A DNA stretch of 64,000 nucleotides from Clostridia bacterium (GCA_017436915.1 JAFSCE010000014.1:1974-65973); one strand, 5' to 3'; shown: positions 44,682 to 57,564, counted from the stretch's first letter. Translations and numbers: made by a program. Notes: generated by a model not told the origin, from the letters alone.

Positions 44682-47600
44682 TTATTCTTCGATCGGTGCG
44701 GGTTCTACCGCTTCGCCATCGTCCTCCAACATACTGCGGAGAGCGGCAACGTAGGGATCATCACTGGAAGCGTGGGTGTTCACGACATCGACGTCGTTGT
44801 ACACCGGCATACCCGTACCGGCGGGGATCAGCTTACCGATGATGACGTTTTCCTTAAGGCCCAACAGCGGATCGACCTTGCCCTTGATAGCGGCGTCGGT
44901 CAGCACGCGTGTGGTTTCCTGGAAGGAAGCGGCAGATAAGAACGAATCGGTTGCGAGCGACGCTTTGGTGATACCCAAAAGAACCGGCGAGCAAGTCGCC
45001 TCTTTCAAGTGAATATCGCCGGCCTCGATACGAGCGCGCACGCGGGCGTTCTCTTGATCAAACTGGCTGCGATCGATCATGGCACCGGATAACAGATAGG
45101 TGTCACCGGCATCGTCAACTTTCACCTTGCGCATCATCTGACGGACGATGACTTCAACATGTTTGTCGTTGATATCAACACCCTGCATACGGTAGGTGCG
45201 TTGTACTTCCTGAATGAGGTAGTTCTGCACCGCTTCTGCACCGCTGACAGCCAAAATGTCGTGCGGGTTGATGGAGCCCTCGGTCAGGCGGTCGCCCTTC
45301 TTGACAACGTCGCCGTCCTGTACACGGATACGGGAACCGAACGAGATCGGATAGCTGCGTTCGTCGGGATTCTCGGCATCCTGCGAGGTGACGTACACCA
45401 CGCGTTTTTTCTTTTCCTCGCCCAAACGGATAACACCGTCGATCTCGGAAATGATGGCGAGCGACTTGGGTTTGCGGCCCTCGAACAACTCTTCAACACG
45501 GGGAAGGCCCTGCGTAATATCTTCAGCGGACGCGACACCACCGGTATGGAAGGTACGCATCGTGAGCTGAGTACCCGGCTCACCGATAGACTGTGCGGCG
45601 ATGATACCGACAGCCTCACCGACGGTAACGGGATCGACGGTAGCAAGGTTCGAGCCATAGCACTTAGCACAGACGCCGTGCTCTGCCTGGCAGGTCAGCA
45701 CCGAGCGGATCTTGATGCGTTCCACGCCGTAGGTGTTAACGAGCAACTTGGCATCCGCATCGTTCATCATGTGGTCACGGCTGATGACCACTTCACCGGT
45801 TGCGGGATCAACGAAATCGTCAGCGAGGAAGCGGCCGACCAAACGCTCGGTGAGCGGCTCGATCATTTCCTTGCCATCCTTGATATCGTAGACTTCAATA
45901 CCCTCGTGGGTACCGCAATCGTCCTCGCGGATGATGACATCCTGAGAAACGTCGACCAGACGACGGGTCAGGTAACCGGAGTCCGCCGTACGCAGAGCGG
46001 TATCGGCCAAGCCCTTACGCGCACCACGCGACGAAATGAAGTATTCCAAAATGTTCAGGCCTTCACGGTAGTTAGCACGAATCGGGACCTCGATCGTACG
46101 ACCGGAGGTGTTCGCGATAAGGCCGCGCATACCGGCAAGCTGACGAATCTGAGCGATAGAACCACGAGCACCGGAATCCGACATCATGTAGATTGGGTTG
46201 AACGGATCCATGTTGTTGTTCAGCGCTTTGGTGACCTTGTCGGTGGTATCGTTCCAGGTCTTGATAACCATCTGGTAACGCTCTTCGTCGGAAAGGAGAC
46301 CTTGGTTGTACAGATCGGTAATCTGTTCCACCGTTTGCTCCGCTTCTGCGATGAGGTCTTTCTTCTCCGGCGGGATGGAAGCATCCACAACGGCAACCGT
46401 CAACGCACCGCGAGTGGAGTATTTATAGCCCTGCGCCTTCACGGCATCCAGCACCTCGGAGGTGCGGGCAGGGCCGTGAACTTTGATGCACTTGTCAATG
46501 ATCTGAGACAGTTGCTTTTTGCCGACCTTGTAGTTGACCTCATAGAGGAACATATCGTCGGTCGTTTTACGCTCAACCAAACCGAGATCCTGCGGAATGG
46601 GATGGTTGAAGATGATGCGGCCCACGGTGGTTTCCACCAAGCGGGACTGCTTCACGCCGTCGATCTCCATGGTGCGGCGGACCTTGATCTTTGCGTGCAG
46701 ACCGACAACTTTATCGGCATATGCCATAAGCGCTTCGTTCTCATCGCGGAAGATCTTGCCTTCGCCGAACTCACCGGGTTTCTCAATGGTCAGATAGTAC
46801 GAGCCGAGAACCATATCCTGTGTCGGAACGGTGACGGGACGTCCATCGGACGGTTTCAAAAGGTTGCCCGCCGCGAGCATCAAGAAGCGAGCTTCTGCCT
46901 GTGCTTCCGCGGACAGCGGTACGTGCACAGCCATCTGGTCACCGTCGAAGTCCGCGTTAAAGGCGGTACAAGCGAGCGGGTGCAGTTTGATGGCACGGCC
47001 CTCAACCAGTACCGGCTCAAACGCCTGGATACCCAAGCGGTGCAGCGTCGGCGCACGGTTGAGCATGACCGGATGATCTTTGATGACGATCTCGAGCGCA
47101 TCCCACACTTCGGGACGGACACGATCAACCATCTTACGGGCGGTCTTGATGTTGCCGGCAGCACCGGTTTCCACCAAGCGTTTCATAACGAAGGGTTTGA
47201 ACAGCTCCAGTGCCATTTCCTTCGGCAGACCGCACTGATACATTTTCAGTTCCGGACCGACGACGATAACCGAACGGCCGGAGTAGTCAACACGTTTACC
47301 GAGCAAGTTCTGACGGAAACGACCTTGCTTACCTTTAAGCATATCCGACAAGGATTTGAGCGAGCGGTTATTGGGGCCGGTGACCGGGCGGCCGCGACGG
47401 CCGTTGTCGATCAGGGCATCCACCGCTTCTTGAAGCATACGCTTCTCGTTACGGACGATGATATCCGGCGCGCCCAGTTCCAACAATCTCTTCAGACGAT
47501 TGTTGCGGTTAATGACGCGGCGGTACAGGTCGTTTAAGTCCGAGGTGGCAAAACGGCCACCGTCCAACTGAACCATCGGGCGGATATCCGGCGGAATGAC

Positions 47601-48296
47601 CGGAATGACGTCCAGAATCATCCACTCGGGACGGTTACCGGACAGACGGAAGGATTCCACCACTTCCAAACGCTTGAGCAAACGTGCGCGCTTTTGACCG
47701 GTAGCTCCCTCGAGTTCCTCTTTGAGTTCCTCGGACAGTTTTTCCAAGTCAATGGCAGCGAGCAACTTCTTGACGTATTCAGCGCCCATACCGGCGTCAA
47801 AATCGTCTTCATATTTCTCGCGCATGTCGCGATAGTCTTTTTCGCTGAGCACCTGCTTCTCTTGAAGCGGCGTCGGGCCGGGATCCACTACGATGTAGGA
47901 AGCAAAGTACAGCACCTGTTCCAACAAACGCGGCGAGATATCCAAGAGCAGACCGATACGGGAGGGGATACCCTTGAAATACCAGATGTGCGATACCGGA
48001 GCGGCGAGTTCAATGTGGCCCATGCGCTCACGACGCACCTTGGCACGGGTGACTTCGACACCGCAGCGGTCGCAGATCTTACCTTTATAGCGGATACGTT
48101 TGTATTTACCGCAATGGCATTCCCAGTCCTTGGTAGGCCCGAAAATGCGCTCGCAGAACAAACCGTCGCGTTCCGGCTTTAAGGTGCGGTAGTTGATGGT
48201 CTCCGGCTTTTTTACTTCGCCGTACGACCAACCACGGATCTGCTCAGGGGATGCAAGACCAATCTTAATAGAATCAAATACGTTAAATTCAGCCAT
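44682..48296 (-). CDS. rpoC: DNA-directed RNA polymerase subunit beta'
   Basis: 1204 aa. Carries the [12 protein letters not shown] catalytic motif and the Zn-finger region [23 protein letters not shown]. Confidence 0.98.
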   Translation of the reverse strand: MAEFNVFDSIKIGLASPEQIRGWSYGEVKKPETINYRTLKPERDGLFCERIFGPTKDWECHCGKYKRIRYKGKICDRCGVEVTRAKVRRERMGHIELAAPVSHIWYFKGIPSRIGLLLDISPRLLEQVLYFASYIVVDPGPTPLQEKQVLSEKDYRDMREKYEDDFDAGMGAEYVKKLLAAIDLEKLSEELKEELEGATGQKRARLLKRLEVVESFRLSGNRPEWMILDVIPVIPPDIRPMVQLDGGRFATSDLNDLYRRVINRNNRLKRLLELGAPDIIVRNEKRMLQEAVDALIDNGRRGRPVTGPNNRSLKSLSDMLKGKQGRFRQNLLGKRVDYSGRSVIVVGPELKMYQCGLPKEMALELFKPFVMKRLVETGAAGNIKTARKMVDRVRPEVWDALEIVIKDHPVMLNRAPTLHRLGIQAFEPVLVEGRAIKLHPLACTAFNADFDGDQMAVHVPLSAEAQAEARFLMLAAGNLLKPSDGRPVTVPTQDMVLGSYYLTIEKPGEFGEGKIFRDENEALMAYADKVVGLHAKIKVRRTMEIDGVKQSRLVETTVGRIIFNHPIPQDLGLVERKTTDDMFLYEVNYKVGKKQLSQIIDKCIKVHGPARTSEVLDAVKAQGYKYSTRGALTVAVVDASIPPEKKDLIAEAEQTVEQITDLYNQGLLSDEERYQMVIKTWNDTTDKVTKALNNNMDPFNPIYMMSDSGARGSIAQIRQLAGMRGLIANTSGRTIEVPIRANYREGLNILEYFISSRGARKGLADTALRTADSGYLTRRLVDVSQDVIIREDDCGTHEGIEVYDIKDGKEMIEPLTERLVGRFLADDFVDPATGEVVISRDHMMNDADAKLLVNTYGVERIKIRSVLTCQAEHGVCAKCYGSNLATVDPVTVGEAVGIIAAQSIGEPGTQLTMRTFHTGGVASAEDITQGLPRVEELFEGRKPKSLAIISEIDGVIRLGEEKKKRVVYVTSQDAENPDERSYPISFGSRIRVQDGDVVKKGDRLTEGSINPHDILAVSGAEAVQNYLIQEVQRTYRMQGVDINDKHVEVIVRQMMRKVKVDDAGDTYLLSGAMIDRSQFDQENARVRARIEAGDIHLKEATCSPVLLGITKASLATDSFLSAASFQETTRVLTDAAIKGKVDPLLGLKENVIIGKLIPAGTGMPVYNDVDVVNTHASSDDPYVAALRSMLEDDGEAVEPAPIEE

Positions 48297-48314
48297 TATT
48301 GTCTGCCCCCTTTC

Positions 48315-51300
48315 TTACATTTCGTCGGAATCGTCCGAGTAGGAATCCTCGTCCGAACCGAACAGATCTTCACCGAAGAAGTCATCGACTTCCGGTTCCT
48401 CCACAGCATAGCCGTCGAGCTCGTTCTCGTTGGCAACCGTGCTGAATGCGTCGTCATCTACCGGATCCACGGTGACGACGTTCAGTTCTTCGTCCTCTTC
48501 AAAGGTCTGCTTCAAGTCGATCTCCTGCTTGTCGCGATCCAGAACTTTAATATCCAGACCAAGTGACTGTAGTTCCTTGACCAACACCTTGAAGGATTCC
48601 GGAACGCCGGATTGCGGTACGTTCTGGCCCTTGACGATAGATTCGTACGTCTTGACACGACCCACAACGTCATCCGACTTGACGGTCAGGATCTCTTGCA
48701 GGGTGTAAGCGGCGCCGTAAGCTTCCAGTGCCCAAACTTCCATTTCACCGAAACGCTGACCGCCGAACTGCGCTTTACCGCCGAGCGGTTGCTGCGTAAC
48801 GAGCGAGTACGGACCGGTGGAACGGGCGTGGATCTTATCATCAACCAGATGATGAAGTTTGAGATAGTACATATAACCGACGGTGACGGGGTTATCGAAC
48901 TGTTCACCGGTACGGCCATCGTACAGGATGGTTTTACCGTTCGGGTTTTTACCCGCCTGCTCAAGCAGTTCTTGGATATCGCCTTCGTGAGCACCGTCGA
49001 AGACAGGCGTCATCACTTTGAAGCCGAGCGCCGCAGCAGCATAGCCCAGATGCACTTCGAGCACCTGACCGATGTTCATACGGGACGGAACACCCAAGGG
49101 GTTGAGCACGATATCCAGCGGCGTGCCATCCGGCAGGAACGGCATATCCTCACTGGGAAGAATGCGGGAGACAACACCCTTGTTACCGTGACGGCCGGCC
49201 ATCTTATCGCCGACGCTGATCTTACGTTTTTGAGCGATGTAGCAGCGAACCACCATGTTCACACCGGGGCTGAGCTCGTCGCAATTTTCACGGGTGAACA
49301 CCTTGACATCCACGATGATGCCGTATTCGCCGTGCGGGACGCGCAGGGAGGTGTCGCGCACCTCGCGCGCTTTTTCACCGAAGATGGCGCGCAGCAGGCG
49401 TTCCTCGGCGGTCAACTCGGTCTCACCCTTCGGGGTGACCTTACCGACCAGAATATCACCGGAGCGCACCTCCGCACCGATGCGGATGATACCACGCTCG
49501 TCCAGATCTTTGAGCGCGTCATCACCCACGTTGGGAATGTCGCGCGTGATCTCTTCCGGCCCGAGCTTTGTGTCACGGGATTCGATCTCGTATTCTTCGA
49601 CGTGAATGGAGGTGAAGACGTCCTCACGCACCACTTTTTCGTTGATGAGAACAGCGTCCTCGTAGTTGTAGCCCTCCCAGGTCATGAAGCCAATGAGTGC
49701 GTTCTTACCGAGCGCGATCTCACCGTTGCAAGTGGCGGGACCATCGGCAATAACGTCGTGCTCATTGAGATGCTGGCCGGGCTCGACAACCGGGCGCTGG
49801 TTAATGCAGGTACCCTGGTTAGAGCGGGAGAATTTAATAAGTTGATAGGTGTCGATCGAGCCGTTGTCGTCGCGGCGGACCAACACGCGGTCAGCCGAAA
49901 CGTCCGTGACGGTGCCGGCGGCTTTTGCCAGTACGCAGACACCGGAGTCAACACCGGCTTTGTATTCCATACCGGTACCGACGATGGGGGATTCGGTCTT
50001 GAGCAGCGGCACAGCTTGACGCTGCATGTTCGAACCCATCAAGGCGCGGTTGGCGTCGTCGTTCTCAAGGAACGGGATCATCGCAGTAGCGACGGATACG
50101 ACCATCTTGGGCGAAACGTCCATGTAGTCGATCTTATCGCTCTCGATTTCTAAGAATTCACCGCGCAGACGTGCGTTAACACGGTTACGGGCAAAACGAC
50201 CGTTTTCATCCAGCGGCTCGTTCGCCTGTGCAACGATGAAATCGTCTTCCATATCGGCGGGCATGTACACTACTTCATTGGTGACGATGCCGGTTTCTTT
50301 ATCCACACGACGGAACGGCGCCTCCACAAAACCATACTGGTTAATGCGGGCGAAGGTCGCGAGGTACGAGATCAAACCGATGTTAGGTCCTTCAGGAGTC
50401 TCAATCGGGCACATACGACCGTAGTGGCTGTAGTGAACGTCACGGACTTCGAAGCCGGCGCGATCACGCGACAAACCGCCGGGACCCAGCGCAGACAGAC
50501 GGCGCTTGTGGGTAAGCTCCGCGAGCGGGTTGTTTTGATCCATGAACTGGGACAGCGGGGAGGAACCGAAGAATTCCTTGATTGCTGCCACGACGGGACG
50601 AATGTTGATGAGTGCCTGCGGGGTGATCGTGTCCATATCCTGCGCCTGCAGGGTCATGCGCTCACGAATCACGCGCTCCATACGGGAGAAGCCGATGCGG
50701 AACTGGTTCTGTAACAGCTCGCCAACCGAACGGATACGGCGGTTGCCCAAATGGTCGATGTCATCGGTGGTGCCGATGTCGTGGCCAAGGCAGTTCAGAT
50801 AGTTGATGGATGCCAAAATATCATCCACAATAATATGGTTCGGAACCAACTCAGCGGCACGCGCGAGCAGAGCTTCGATCAGCGCTTCGTCGCCTTCGAC
50901 GCTTTCCAAGATCTCCTGTAACACGGAGAAGCGAACGCGCTCGTTGACGACCTTTTTCACCGCGTCGTAAACGGTCTCGCTTACAAACAGCGACAGATCC
51001 ACCATACCGTTGGAGATGATCTTAACTTCCGTGTGTTCGCCATGATCGTCCACATCGACGTAAGCAACGCAGACACCGGCATTCTCGATTTCCATCGCGC
51101 GCTCGCGACGGATGAGTTCGCCGGCTTCCGCCATAACCTCACCCGTAGCGGGGTTTACGATCGGACGGCTCAAACGGCAACCGGACAAGCGGTTGGAGAT
51201 ACCGAGTTTTTTATTGTATTTATAGCGGCCCACGCGGGACAGATCGTACCGACGGGGGTCAAAGAACAGGTTTTCCAAATGCTGTTGGGAGTTTTCCAGC

Positions 51301-52043
51301 GTGAGCGGCTCACCCGGGCGCAACTTGCGGTAGACCTCTAAGAGGGCTTCCTCGGTGTTTTTGGTGATATCCTTCTCCATGGTAGCGAGGATACGCGTGT
51401 CTTCACCGAAGAAATCGAGCAACTCAGCATCCGAGCCGAGTCCGAGCGCACGCACGAACGTCGTGACGGGAAGCTTGCGGTTTTTATCGATACGAACAGA
51501 GAACACGTCGGAAGAGTCGGTCTCGTACTCCAACCATGCACCGCGGTTCGGAATCACCGTGGAGGTGAACAGCTTTTTACCGGTGCTGTCATACGTCATG
51601 CCGTAGTACACACCGGGGGAACGAACCAACTGCGATACGATGACACGCTCCGCACCGTTGATCACAAAGGTGCCGCTTTCGGTCATGAGCGGGAAATCAC
51701 CCATAAACACTTCGGACTCTTTGATCTCGCCCGTTTCTTTATTGATAAGACGCGCGCGCACGTATAGAGGGGCTGCGTAGGTAACGTCGCGCTCCTTGCA
51801 TTCCTCAACCGTGTATTTGGGTGTATCGCTCAGCCGGTAGTCCAAAAATTCCAACGACAGATTACCGGTGTAATCCGTGATGGTTGTGGTATCGTTGAAA
51901 ACGTCTTTCAGACCTTCCTCCAAAAACCACTGATACGAGTTCTTTTGGATCTCGATGAGATTCGGCATATCCAACACTTCGTTGATCTTGGAAAAGCTCA
52001 TACGGGTTGTCTTGCCCAGCTGGACCGGTTTGATATTAACCAT
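48315..52043 (-). CDS. rpoB: DNA-directed RNA polymerase subunit beta
   Basis: 1242 aa. Carries [15 protein letters not shown] and the SQLSQFMDQ-like region [30 protein letters not shown]. Confidence 0.98.
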   Translation of the reverse strand: MVNIKPVQLGKTTRMSFSKINEVLDMPNLIEIQKNSYQWFLEEGLKDVFNDTTTITDYTGNLSLEFLDYRLSDTPKYTVEECKERDVTYAAPLYVRARLINKETGEIKESEVFMGDFPLMTESGTFVINGAERVIVSQLVRSPGVYYGMTYDSTGKKLFTSTVIPNRGAWLEYETDSSDVFSVRIDKNRKLPVTTFVRALGLGSDAELLDFFGEDTRILATMEKDITKNTEEALLEVYRKLRPGEPLTLENSQQHLENLFFDPRRYDLSRVGRYKYNKKLGISNRLSGCRLSRPIVNPATGEVMAEAGELIRRERAMEIENAGVCVAYVDVDDHGEHTEVKIISNGMVDLSLFVSETVYDAVKKVVNERVRFSVLQEILESVEGDEALIEALLARAAELVPNHIIVDDILASINYLNCLGHDIGTTDDIDHLGNRRIRSVGELLQNQFRIGFSRMERVIRERMTLQAQDMDTITPQALINIRPVVAAIKEFFGSSPLSQFMDQNNPLAELTHKRRLSALGPGGLSRDRAGFEVRDVHYSHYGRMCPIETPEGPNIGLISYLATFARINQYGFVEAPFRRVDKETGIVTNEVVYMPADMEDDFIVAQANEPLDENGRFARNRVNARLRGEFLEIESDKIDYMDVSPKMVVSVATAMIPFLENDDANRALMGSNMQRQAVPLLKTESPIVGTGMEYKAGVDSGVCVLAKAAGTVTDVSADRVLVRRDDNGSIDTYQLIKFSRSNQGTCINQRPVVEPGQHLNEHDVIADGPATCNGEIALGKNALIGFMTWEGYNYEDAVLINEKVVREDVFTSIHVEEYEIESRDTKLGPEEITRDIPNVGDDALKDLDERGIIRIGAEVRSGDILVGKVTPKGETELTAEERLLRAIFGEKAREVRDTSLRVPHGEYGIIVDVKVFTRENCDELSPGVNMVVRCYIAQKRKISVGDKMAGRHGNKGVVSRILPSEDMPFLPDGTPLDIVLNPLGVPSRMNIGQVLEVHLGYAAAALGFKVMTPVFDGAHEGDIQELLEQAGKNPNGKTILYDGRTGEQFDNPVTVGYMYYLKLHHLVDDKIHARSTGPYSLVTQQPLGGKAQFGGQRFGEMEVWALEAYGAAYTLQEILTVKSDDVVGRVKTYESIVKGQNVPQSGVPESFKVLVKELQSLGLDIKVLDRDKQEIDLKQTFEEDEELNVVTVDPVDDDAFSTVANENELDGYAVEEPEVDDFFGEDLFGSDEDSYSDDSDEM

Positions 52044-52220
52044 CGGCTTCCATCACTCCTGTTCTATAGTTTGCCTTGCCACCCGTTTCCGGGTGACGGA
52101 TCGCTCCGATTTGATATCGTCGGGCGAGAGAAAACCGTAAAAAAAACTTGCATTTTTTGACCGATTGTGGTACACTAAATTACGGTATTCGCATACTTCC
52201 CTACGATAATGCAGTATACT

Positions 52221-52249
52221 ATAATACAGGAAAAAACTGCCGTTGTCAA
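52221..52249 (-). promoter_or_regulatory. Candidate sigma-A promoter for rpoBC
   Basis: The minus strand reads TTGACA, a 17-nt spacer, then TATTAT, giving a leader of about 170 nt. Confidence 0.5.
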
Positions 52250-52573
52250 TGCGTTTTTGAGAATTGGCAGATTTTTTTATAAATTTTTAAACTTTTTTCA
52301 AAAAAGGAATGATTCTTTCGGTCAGGTATCAGCAATCTGACCGAAAAAGAAGAATAGGAACACTTGGGTCCGTTGTTTGTTTTAAGGCGCCAAGGGCGAT
52401 CTGAACCTGCCTCGGAGATTTTTAAGAGGACGGATTTTCGGTCAATCAAGGCACAAAACACAGCCAATACTTTGTGTATTGGCGAGTATTTTAACGACGA
52501 GTGACCGGGAATCCGCTCTTAAAAACAGGTTTGGATTGCTCTTGTCACCTTACAGAGAAAGGCGGCGTTTTTG

Positions 52574-53551
52574 ATGAAAAAATACGGAGTGCGATTGGGT
52601 AGTTTATTGCTGTGTGTGGCGTTATTGTGCACGGGATGCGGCGGCACGGGTGATAAGGAAACCGAAACAACCGGAACTACCACCACAACCGTTCCAACCA
52701 CGACCACGACAAAAGCACCGACCACCACGCAAAAAGCGGAGGCGATCGAAGGGCTGCTCGTGAATTGCCCCGACGGCAAGCAGGTGGATCCCGAATTGTT
52801 GGCGCGCTTAAGGGGTGTGTGCAGCCCGTATAAGTACGAGATATCTTTCTATTATAAAGATTTGGTCAGTGGTTACAGCATTGAATACCGTGCAGACGAG
52901 ATCTATCAGACGGCGAGTGTGATCAAAGCGCCGTACGTGAAATATCTCTTGGCCTCGGGTGCAGATCTGACGAAAACACTTAAGATGACGAAAAAGCAAG
53001 GCGGGTCCAGCCATATTGACGAGAAGCCGCTCGGTACGGAGTTCACGGTGAAAGAGCTCATGGAGTACGCAATCCGATACAGTGATAATACCGCTTACTA
53101 TATGCTGAACGAGGCATTCGGGTTCGAGGGCTTTAATGATTATGCCGATTCGCTGGGTATTGCTTCCAATGCGGCCAATAAACTGACACTTATCTTCCCA
53201 AAACCGCGTTTCGGGTATTTGTCGGCGCGGGATGCGGGCTTGTATTTTGAGGATATCGCCCGCTATATTGAGAAAGGCAGCGAGAAGGCAAAGCTGCTCA
53301 AGAGCTGGCTTACCTCCACGACGGTCACGGGCATGTTGGCGGATGCGCTCGGCAACACCTATGAGGTGGCGCATAAGTACGGTGAGCAGGGAACTCAGGC
53401 GTACCACGATGCGGCGATCGTGTACGCACCCAAACCGTATGTGTTGACGATTTTGTCTACGTTGGAGCCGTATGCAGCGGAATCGGATAAAGCGTTTTCA
53501 AACGTGGCATCGCTGATTGATGCGATCCAGACACAACTGCATGCCGGATAA
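52574..53551 (+). CDS. Class A beta-lactamase-fold serine hydrolase lipoprotein
   Basis: Lipobox ALLCTGC|GG, a Thr-rich linker, an SxxK motif (ASVIKAP) and an SDN motif (YSDNTAY). Confidence 0.75.
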   Translation: MKKYGVRLGSLLLCVALLCTGCGGTGDKETETTGTTTTTVPTTTTTKAPTTTQKAEAIEGLLVNCPDGKQVDPELLARLRGVCSPYKYEISFYYKDLVSGYSIEYRADEIYQTASVIKAPYVKYLLASGADLTKTLKMTKKQGGSSHIDEKPLGTEFTVKELMEYAIRYSDNTAYYMLNEAFGFEGFNDYADSLGIASNAANKLTLIFPKPRFGYLSARDAGLYFEDIARYIEKGSEKAKLLKSWLTSTTVTGMLADALGNTYEVAHKYGEQGTQAYHDAAIVYAPKPYVLTILSTLEPYAAESDKAFSNVASLIDAIQTQLHAG

Positions 53552-53566
53552 AGTGAGGGAATGACC

Positions 53567-54343
53567 ATGCGTATTGTTATTAAAGTAGGCACCTCCACAT
53601 TAGCACACGCGACGGGACGTATTAATATCCGCCGCGTGGAACAGCTGTGTAAGGTGATGAGTGATTTAAAAAATGCCGGGCACGAGATCGTGCTCGTCTC
53701 GTCCGGTGCTATCGGCATGGGTGTCGGCAAGCTGTCGCTTAAAGAGCGTCCGGCCGACATGGCGACCAAGCAGGCGGCTGCGGCGGTCGGTCAGTGTGAG
53801 CTGATGTATACATACGATAAGCTGTTTGAGGAATACCGTCATACCGTTGCGCAGATCCTGCTGACGGGCGACGATTTGAACGACGAAAAGCGTCGCGCTA
53901 ATTTTCATCAGACCCTGTTCCGTTTGTTGGAACTCGGCGCGCTGCCCATCATTAATGAAAACGACACGGTAGCAACTGAGGAGATCGGTATCGGTGATAA
54001 CGATACCTTGGGTGCCATTGTGGCCGTGAACGCGGGTGCCGATCTGCTTATACTGTTATCGGATATTGACGGCTTGTACGATGCTGATCCGCACACCCAC
54101 GCGGATGCGCGGTTGATTCCGATTGTCAGTGAACTCAACGACGAGGTGTTGGCACTTGCCGGTGGTGCGGGTTCTAAATTGGGGACCGGTGGCATGGCGA
54201 CCAAGTTGCACGCGGCGCAGATCGCGACAGAGGCGGGCATTGATATGGTGATTGCCAACGGAGAATATCCGGAGAAGTTATACGATATTGTTGACGGCAA
54301 AGCCATTGGCACGCGTTTTTGCGGAAGGAAGCAGAAAGTATGA
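53567..54343 (+). CDS. proB: Glutamate 5-kinase (short form without a PUA domain)
   Basis: Carries [27 protein letters not shown] and DNDTLGA. It is about 258 aa. Confidence 0.9.
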   Translation: MRIVIKVGTSTLAHATGRINIRRVEQLCKVMSDLKNAGHEIVLVSSGAIGMGVGKLSLKERPADMATKQAAAAVGQCELMYTYDKLFEEYRHTVAQILLTGDDLNDEKRRANFHQTLFRLLELGALPIINENDTVATEEIGIGDNDTLGAIVAVNAGADLLILLSDIDGLYDADPHTHADARLIPIVSELNDEVLALAGGAGSKLGTGGMATKLHAAQIATEAGIDMVIANGEYPEKLYDIVDGKAIGTRFCGRKQKV

Positions 54344-55572
54344 CCACGCAGGAGATCTTAAAAGCGGCAAAGCGTGCTTGCGTGCAAGCCGCGGTGCTGA
54401 CCACTGAACAAAAAAATGCGGCGTTGTATGCCATGGCGGATGCCTTGATCGCGCATACCGCACCGATCTTGGCGGCAAACGCAGAGGATGTGCAGGCCGC
54501 CAAAGCCACGCTTTCTGCCGTGATGGTGGATCGTTTGGCACTGACTGCCGAGCGTATTGCGGGAATGGCGGATGGCATCCGTGAGGTGGCGGTACTGCCC
54601 GATCCCGTTGGTCGTGTGATTGAACGGGTAGAACGTGAAAACGGTTTGCTGATTGAAAAAGTCAGTGTGCCGATGGGTGTGACGGCGATGATCTACGAGA
54701 GTCGCCCCAACGTCACCTCGGATGCGGCTGCGCTGGCATTCAAAAGCGGTAACGTCTGCGTGTTACGCGGCGGTAAAGAAGCGTTTCGCTCGTCGCAGGC
54801 AATTGTGGAGGCGTTGCACGACGGTTTGCGCCGAGTCGGGCTTCCTGAAACGATGATCCAACTGGTGCAGGATACCACTCGTGCGAGTGCAAATGAATTG
54901 ATGACAGCGGTAGGGTTAGTTGATTTGCTGATTCCGCGCGGCGGTGCAGGACTCATTCGCGCATGTGTGGAAAACGCCTTGGTACCGTGCATTGAAACCG
55001 GCACCGGTATTTGCCACGTGTACGTGGATGCGGATGCCAACGTGGATAAGGCGTTGGCGATTATCGAAAACGCAAAGACCAGCCGTCCGTCGGTATGTAA
55101 TGCTGCCGAGGTTTGCTTGGTGCATAGCAATATTGCCCCCGCCTTTTTGCCGAAACTACGCGAGCGGTTGGGTGACCGTGTGGAGCTGCGTGTAGATGAT
55201 CATGCCGCGGCGATCATTGACGGGACGCCCGCCGGTGAGCGCGATTTTGACACGGAGTTTTTGGATTATATTTTAGCGGTCGGTGTGGTGGATGACGTCG
55301 ATGCGGCGATTGCACATATTGCGGAACATTCCACGGGACACAGTGAAGCGATCGTTACGGAAAACGCGCAAACGGCGGCGAAATTCACCGCGGCGGTGGA
55401 TAGTGCGGCAGTTTACGTGAACGCGTCAACGCGGTTTACCGACGGTGGCGAGTTCGGATTGGGGTGTGAGATCGGCATCTCCACACAAAAGCTGCACGCG
55501 CGCGGACCGATGGGATTGCGCGAGCTAACGACCTATAAATATATTATCCGCGGTGACGGACAAGTAAGGTGA
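54340..55572 (+). CDS. proA: Gamma-glutamyl phosphate reductase
   Basis: ALDH-like, with RPSVCNAAE around the catalytic Cys. The ATGA overlaps the proB stop. Confidence 0.9.
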   Translation: MTTQEILKAAKRACVQAAVLTTEQKNAALYAMADALIAHTAPILAANAEDVQAAKATLSAVMVDRLALTAERIAGMADGIREVAVLPDPVGRVIERVERENGLLIEKVSVPMGVTAMIYESRPNVTSDAAALAFKSGNVCVLRGGKEAFRSSQAIVEALHDGLRRVGLPETMIQLVQDTTRASANELMTAVGLVDLLIPRGGAGLIRACVENALVPCIETGTGICHVYVDADANVDKALAIIENAKTSRPSVCNAAEVCLVHSNIAPAFLPKLRERLGDRVELRVDDHAAAIIDGTPAGERDFDTEFLDYILAVGVVDDVDAAIAHIAEHSTGHSEAIVTENAQTAAKFTAAVDSAAVYVNASTRFTDGGEFGLGCEIGISTQKLHARGPMGLRELTTYKYIIRGDGQVR

Positions 55573-55577
55573 TAGGA

Positions 55578-56378
55578 ATGAAACGGTATCAAGTCGGTTT
55601 TATCGGTGCCGGTAACATGGGTGGCGCACTGGCGGCGGCTGCTTGCAAAAGTATTGAGCCCGCGCAAGTGATCGTGGCGGACCGCGATGCGGACAAGGCG
55701 GCAACCCTGGCGACGGTAAACGGTTGCGCTGTCGGCGATAACGAGGTGGTTTGCCAAAACAGCCGTTTTGTGTTTTTGGGTGTAAAACCGCAGATGCTCA
55801 GTGCGGTGGCGGCAGAACTGAAACCGCTCTTGGCAGAGGGTACGGTAGTCGTCAGTATGTTGGCAGGTGTTACCACCGAGCGCTTAGCAAACGAATTGGG
55901 TGAGCGCCCGATCATTCGCATTATGCCGAACACGCCGGTGTCAATCGGCGAGGGAATGATCTTATATACGGCAAATGCCGCCGTATCCGAAGCGGATAAA
56001 GCGGCATTCGTGCAGTTGTTGTCTGCGGCGGGGCAGTTGGATGAGATCCCTGAAGCCCTGATCGATGCAGGTTGCGCGGTTTCCGGTTGTGGACCTGCCT
56101 TCGTGTACTTGTTCGTTGAGGCGTTGGCAGATGCCGGCGTTGCTTGTGGATTATCGCGCGAGACGGCACTGCAGTATGCGGCACAGACGGTAGCCGGCGC
56201 GGGCCGTATGGCGGTGGTCGACGATCGAGATCCTGTAGCATTGCGTGAAGCGGTGTGCAGTCCCGGCGGCAGTACGATTGAAGGGGTACGCGTGCTGGAA
56301 CACGACGCTGCACTGCGCGGTCTTGTTTCGGATGCGGTGAAGGCTTCGTTTGAACGGACGAAGGAACTTGGAAAATGA
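55578..56378 (+). CDS. proC: Pyrroline-5-carboxylate reductase
   Basis: Carries VGFIGAGNMGGAL, RIMPNTP and SPGGSTIEG. Confidence 0.9.
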   Translation: MKRYQVGFIGAGNMGGALAAAACKSIEPAQVIVADRDADKAATLATVNGCAVGDNEVVCQNSRFVFLGVKPQMLSAVAAELKPLLAEGTVVVSMLAGVTTERLANELGERPIIRIMPNTPVSIGEGMILYTANAAVSEADKAAFVQLLSAAGQLDEIPEALIDAGCAVSGCGPAFVYLFVEALADAGVACGLSRETALQYAAQTVAGAGRMAVVDDRDPVALREAVCSPGGSTIEGVRVLEHDAALRGLVSDAVKASFERTKELGK

Positions 56379-56414
56379 AAAGAGCCGACAGTCGGTTGAC
56401 TGTCGGCTCTTTTT
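56378..56414. terminator. Bidirectional terminator between proC and rpsR
   Basis: AAAGAGCCGACAGTC, a GGTTG loop, then ACTGTCGGCTCTTT. Confidence 0.6.
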
Positions 56415-56422
56415 GGTTTTAA

Positions 56423-56689
56423 TTAGTCGCTTACGAAGGGCATGAGGGCGATCTGACGGGCGCGTTTGATCGCGACGGTCAACTCTCTCTGATGACGGGC
56501 ACAGGTACCGGTCACACGACGGGGCAGGATCTTCGCACGCTCGGACACGTAACGGCGCAAACGAGCGACATCCTTGTAGTCGATGCTCTCCACACGGTCA
56601 GCGCAGAACGCACACACCTTACGGCGACCTTTGCGCATTCCTCCGCGGGGACGGTCAAACTTTTCCGTCTTTTCCACTTTATCAGACAT
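56423..56689 (-). CDS. rpsR: 30S ribosomal protein S18
   Basis: Carries [18 protein letters not shown], then [14 protein letters not shown]. Confidence 0.95.
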   Translation of the reverse strand: MSDKVEKTEKFDRPRGGMRKGRRKVCAFCADRVESIDYKDVARLRRYVSERAKILPRRVTGTCARHQRELTVAIKRARQIALMPFVSD

Positions 56690-56726
56690 GGTTGTTCCTC
56701 CTTTAATTCAGACTTGTTCGCGGTCC

Positions 56727-57167
56727 TCAGAACGGCAGGTCATCATCGGTGACGATCTCTTCAAAGTCACCGTTTGTGGCGGTTGAAAACGCCGGCGCTG
56801 CTTCGTTGTAGGTGGGGACCTGAGAATCCGTACGGGGTGCCGTGGCACCGCTCTTGGATTCGGCAAAGAATGCGTTATCGACAACTACTTCAAATACGGT
56901 GCGATTGTTGCCGTTCTTATCGGTATAAGAGCGGCTCTGCAGAGAACCCTGCAGGGCAATGCGCTGGCCTTTTTGGAAGTAGCGGCAGATAAACTCCGCT
57001 GTGTTGCGCCATGCGACACAATTGATGAAATCGGTCTGACGCTCCGCGCCTTTCGGTTGATAGGTGCGGTCAACAGCAACGGTGAAGCTGGTCACGGACA
57101 CGCCGTTCGTGGTGGTCTTTTGTTCAGGGGTCGCGGTGAGGCGGCCTAACAGGCATACAGCATTCAT
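56727..57167 (-). CDS. ssb: Single-stranded DNA-binding protein
   Basis: Starts MNAVCLLGRLTATPE (OB fold) and has the acidic C-terminal tip DDDLPF. Confidence 0.95.
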   Translation of the reverse strand: MNAVCLLGRLTATPEQKTTTNGVSVTSFTVAVDRTYQPKGAERQTDFINCVAWRNTAEFICRYFQKGQRIALQGSLQSRSYTDKNGNNRTVFEVVVDNAFFAESKSGATAPRTDSQVPTYNEAAPAFSTATNGDFEEIVTDDDLPF

Positions 57168-57179
57168 GCAATATCCTCC

Positions 57180-57476
57180 TTACTTATCCTTGCGGACGAC
57201 CATGGAACGCAGAACACCTTCGGTGATCTGAGCTTTGCGCTCCAGCTCTGCCGGAAACTCGGGGCCGCTGACGAAATTGTACAGCACGTAATGACCCTCG
57301 GTTTCGTCTTCGATCGGGTACGCCAAACGGCGCTTACCCCATTCGTCGATCTCGCCGATCTCCGAATTCTCCGCGATCAAGGTCTTGAATTTCTCGACCA
57401 TGGCGGGTACGCCTTCTTCTCCTAACGTCAAGGAGAAAATGAAGACGGCTTCGTAGGAACCTTTTACTGTGGGCAT
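57180..57476 (-). CDS. rpsF: 30S ribosomal protein S6
   Basis: Carries YEAVFIF and WGKRRLAYPI. It heads the rpsF-ssb-rpsR operon. Confidence 0.95.
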   Translation of the reverse strand: MPTVKGSYEAVFIFSLTLGEEGVPAMVEKFKTLIAENSEIGEIDEWGKRRLAYPIEDETEGHYVLYNFVSGPEFPAELERKAQITEGVLRSMVVRKDK

Positions 57477-57564
57477 AGTTGCACCTCCTCTTGGTCTATG
57501 GCCCCCTCACTTTTGGAAGGGGCAAGGATATGTGTTTTTCCACAAGGCGGAAAAACGCTGTATA

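Noticed and set aside
45159-47537. 792-aa plus-strand ORF, along with other long ORFs at 48612-50153, 11261-12676, 838-1686, 1738-2358, 9401-10399, 6792-7601, 17390-17962, 19076-19855, 25892-26680, 42716-43516, 59156-60004 and 60185-61099.
   Set aside because: All lie antisense to, or out of frame with, strongly recognisable conserved genes: rpoC, rpoB, the aldehyde dehydrogenase, secA, rpe, the rnfD-like gene, the ADH, the aldolase, spoIIP, GH3, the kinase and murI. Their translations are Arg/Gly/His/Val-rich low-complexity strings typical of shadow ORFs in GC-rich DNA, and none has an RBS or a recognisable motif.
52246-52467. 73-aa minus-strand ORF in the rpoB upstream spacer, as a possible small protein gene.
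   Set aside because: It has no RBS, a low-complexity and odd composition, and spans predicted hairpins. I treat the region as non-coding.
53567-54343. The short ProB (about 258 aa), considered as a possible truncated pseudogene.
   Set aside because: The kinase domain motifs are complete and the gene is translationally coupled to proA (ATGA). PUA-less glutamate 5-kinases are a normal variant in many Firmicutes.
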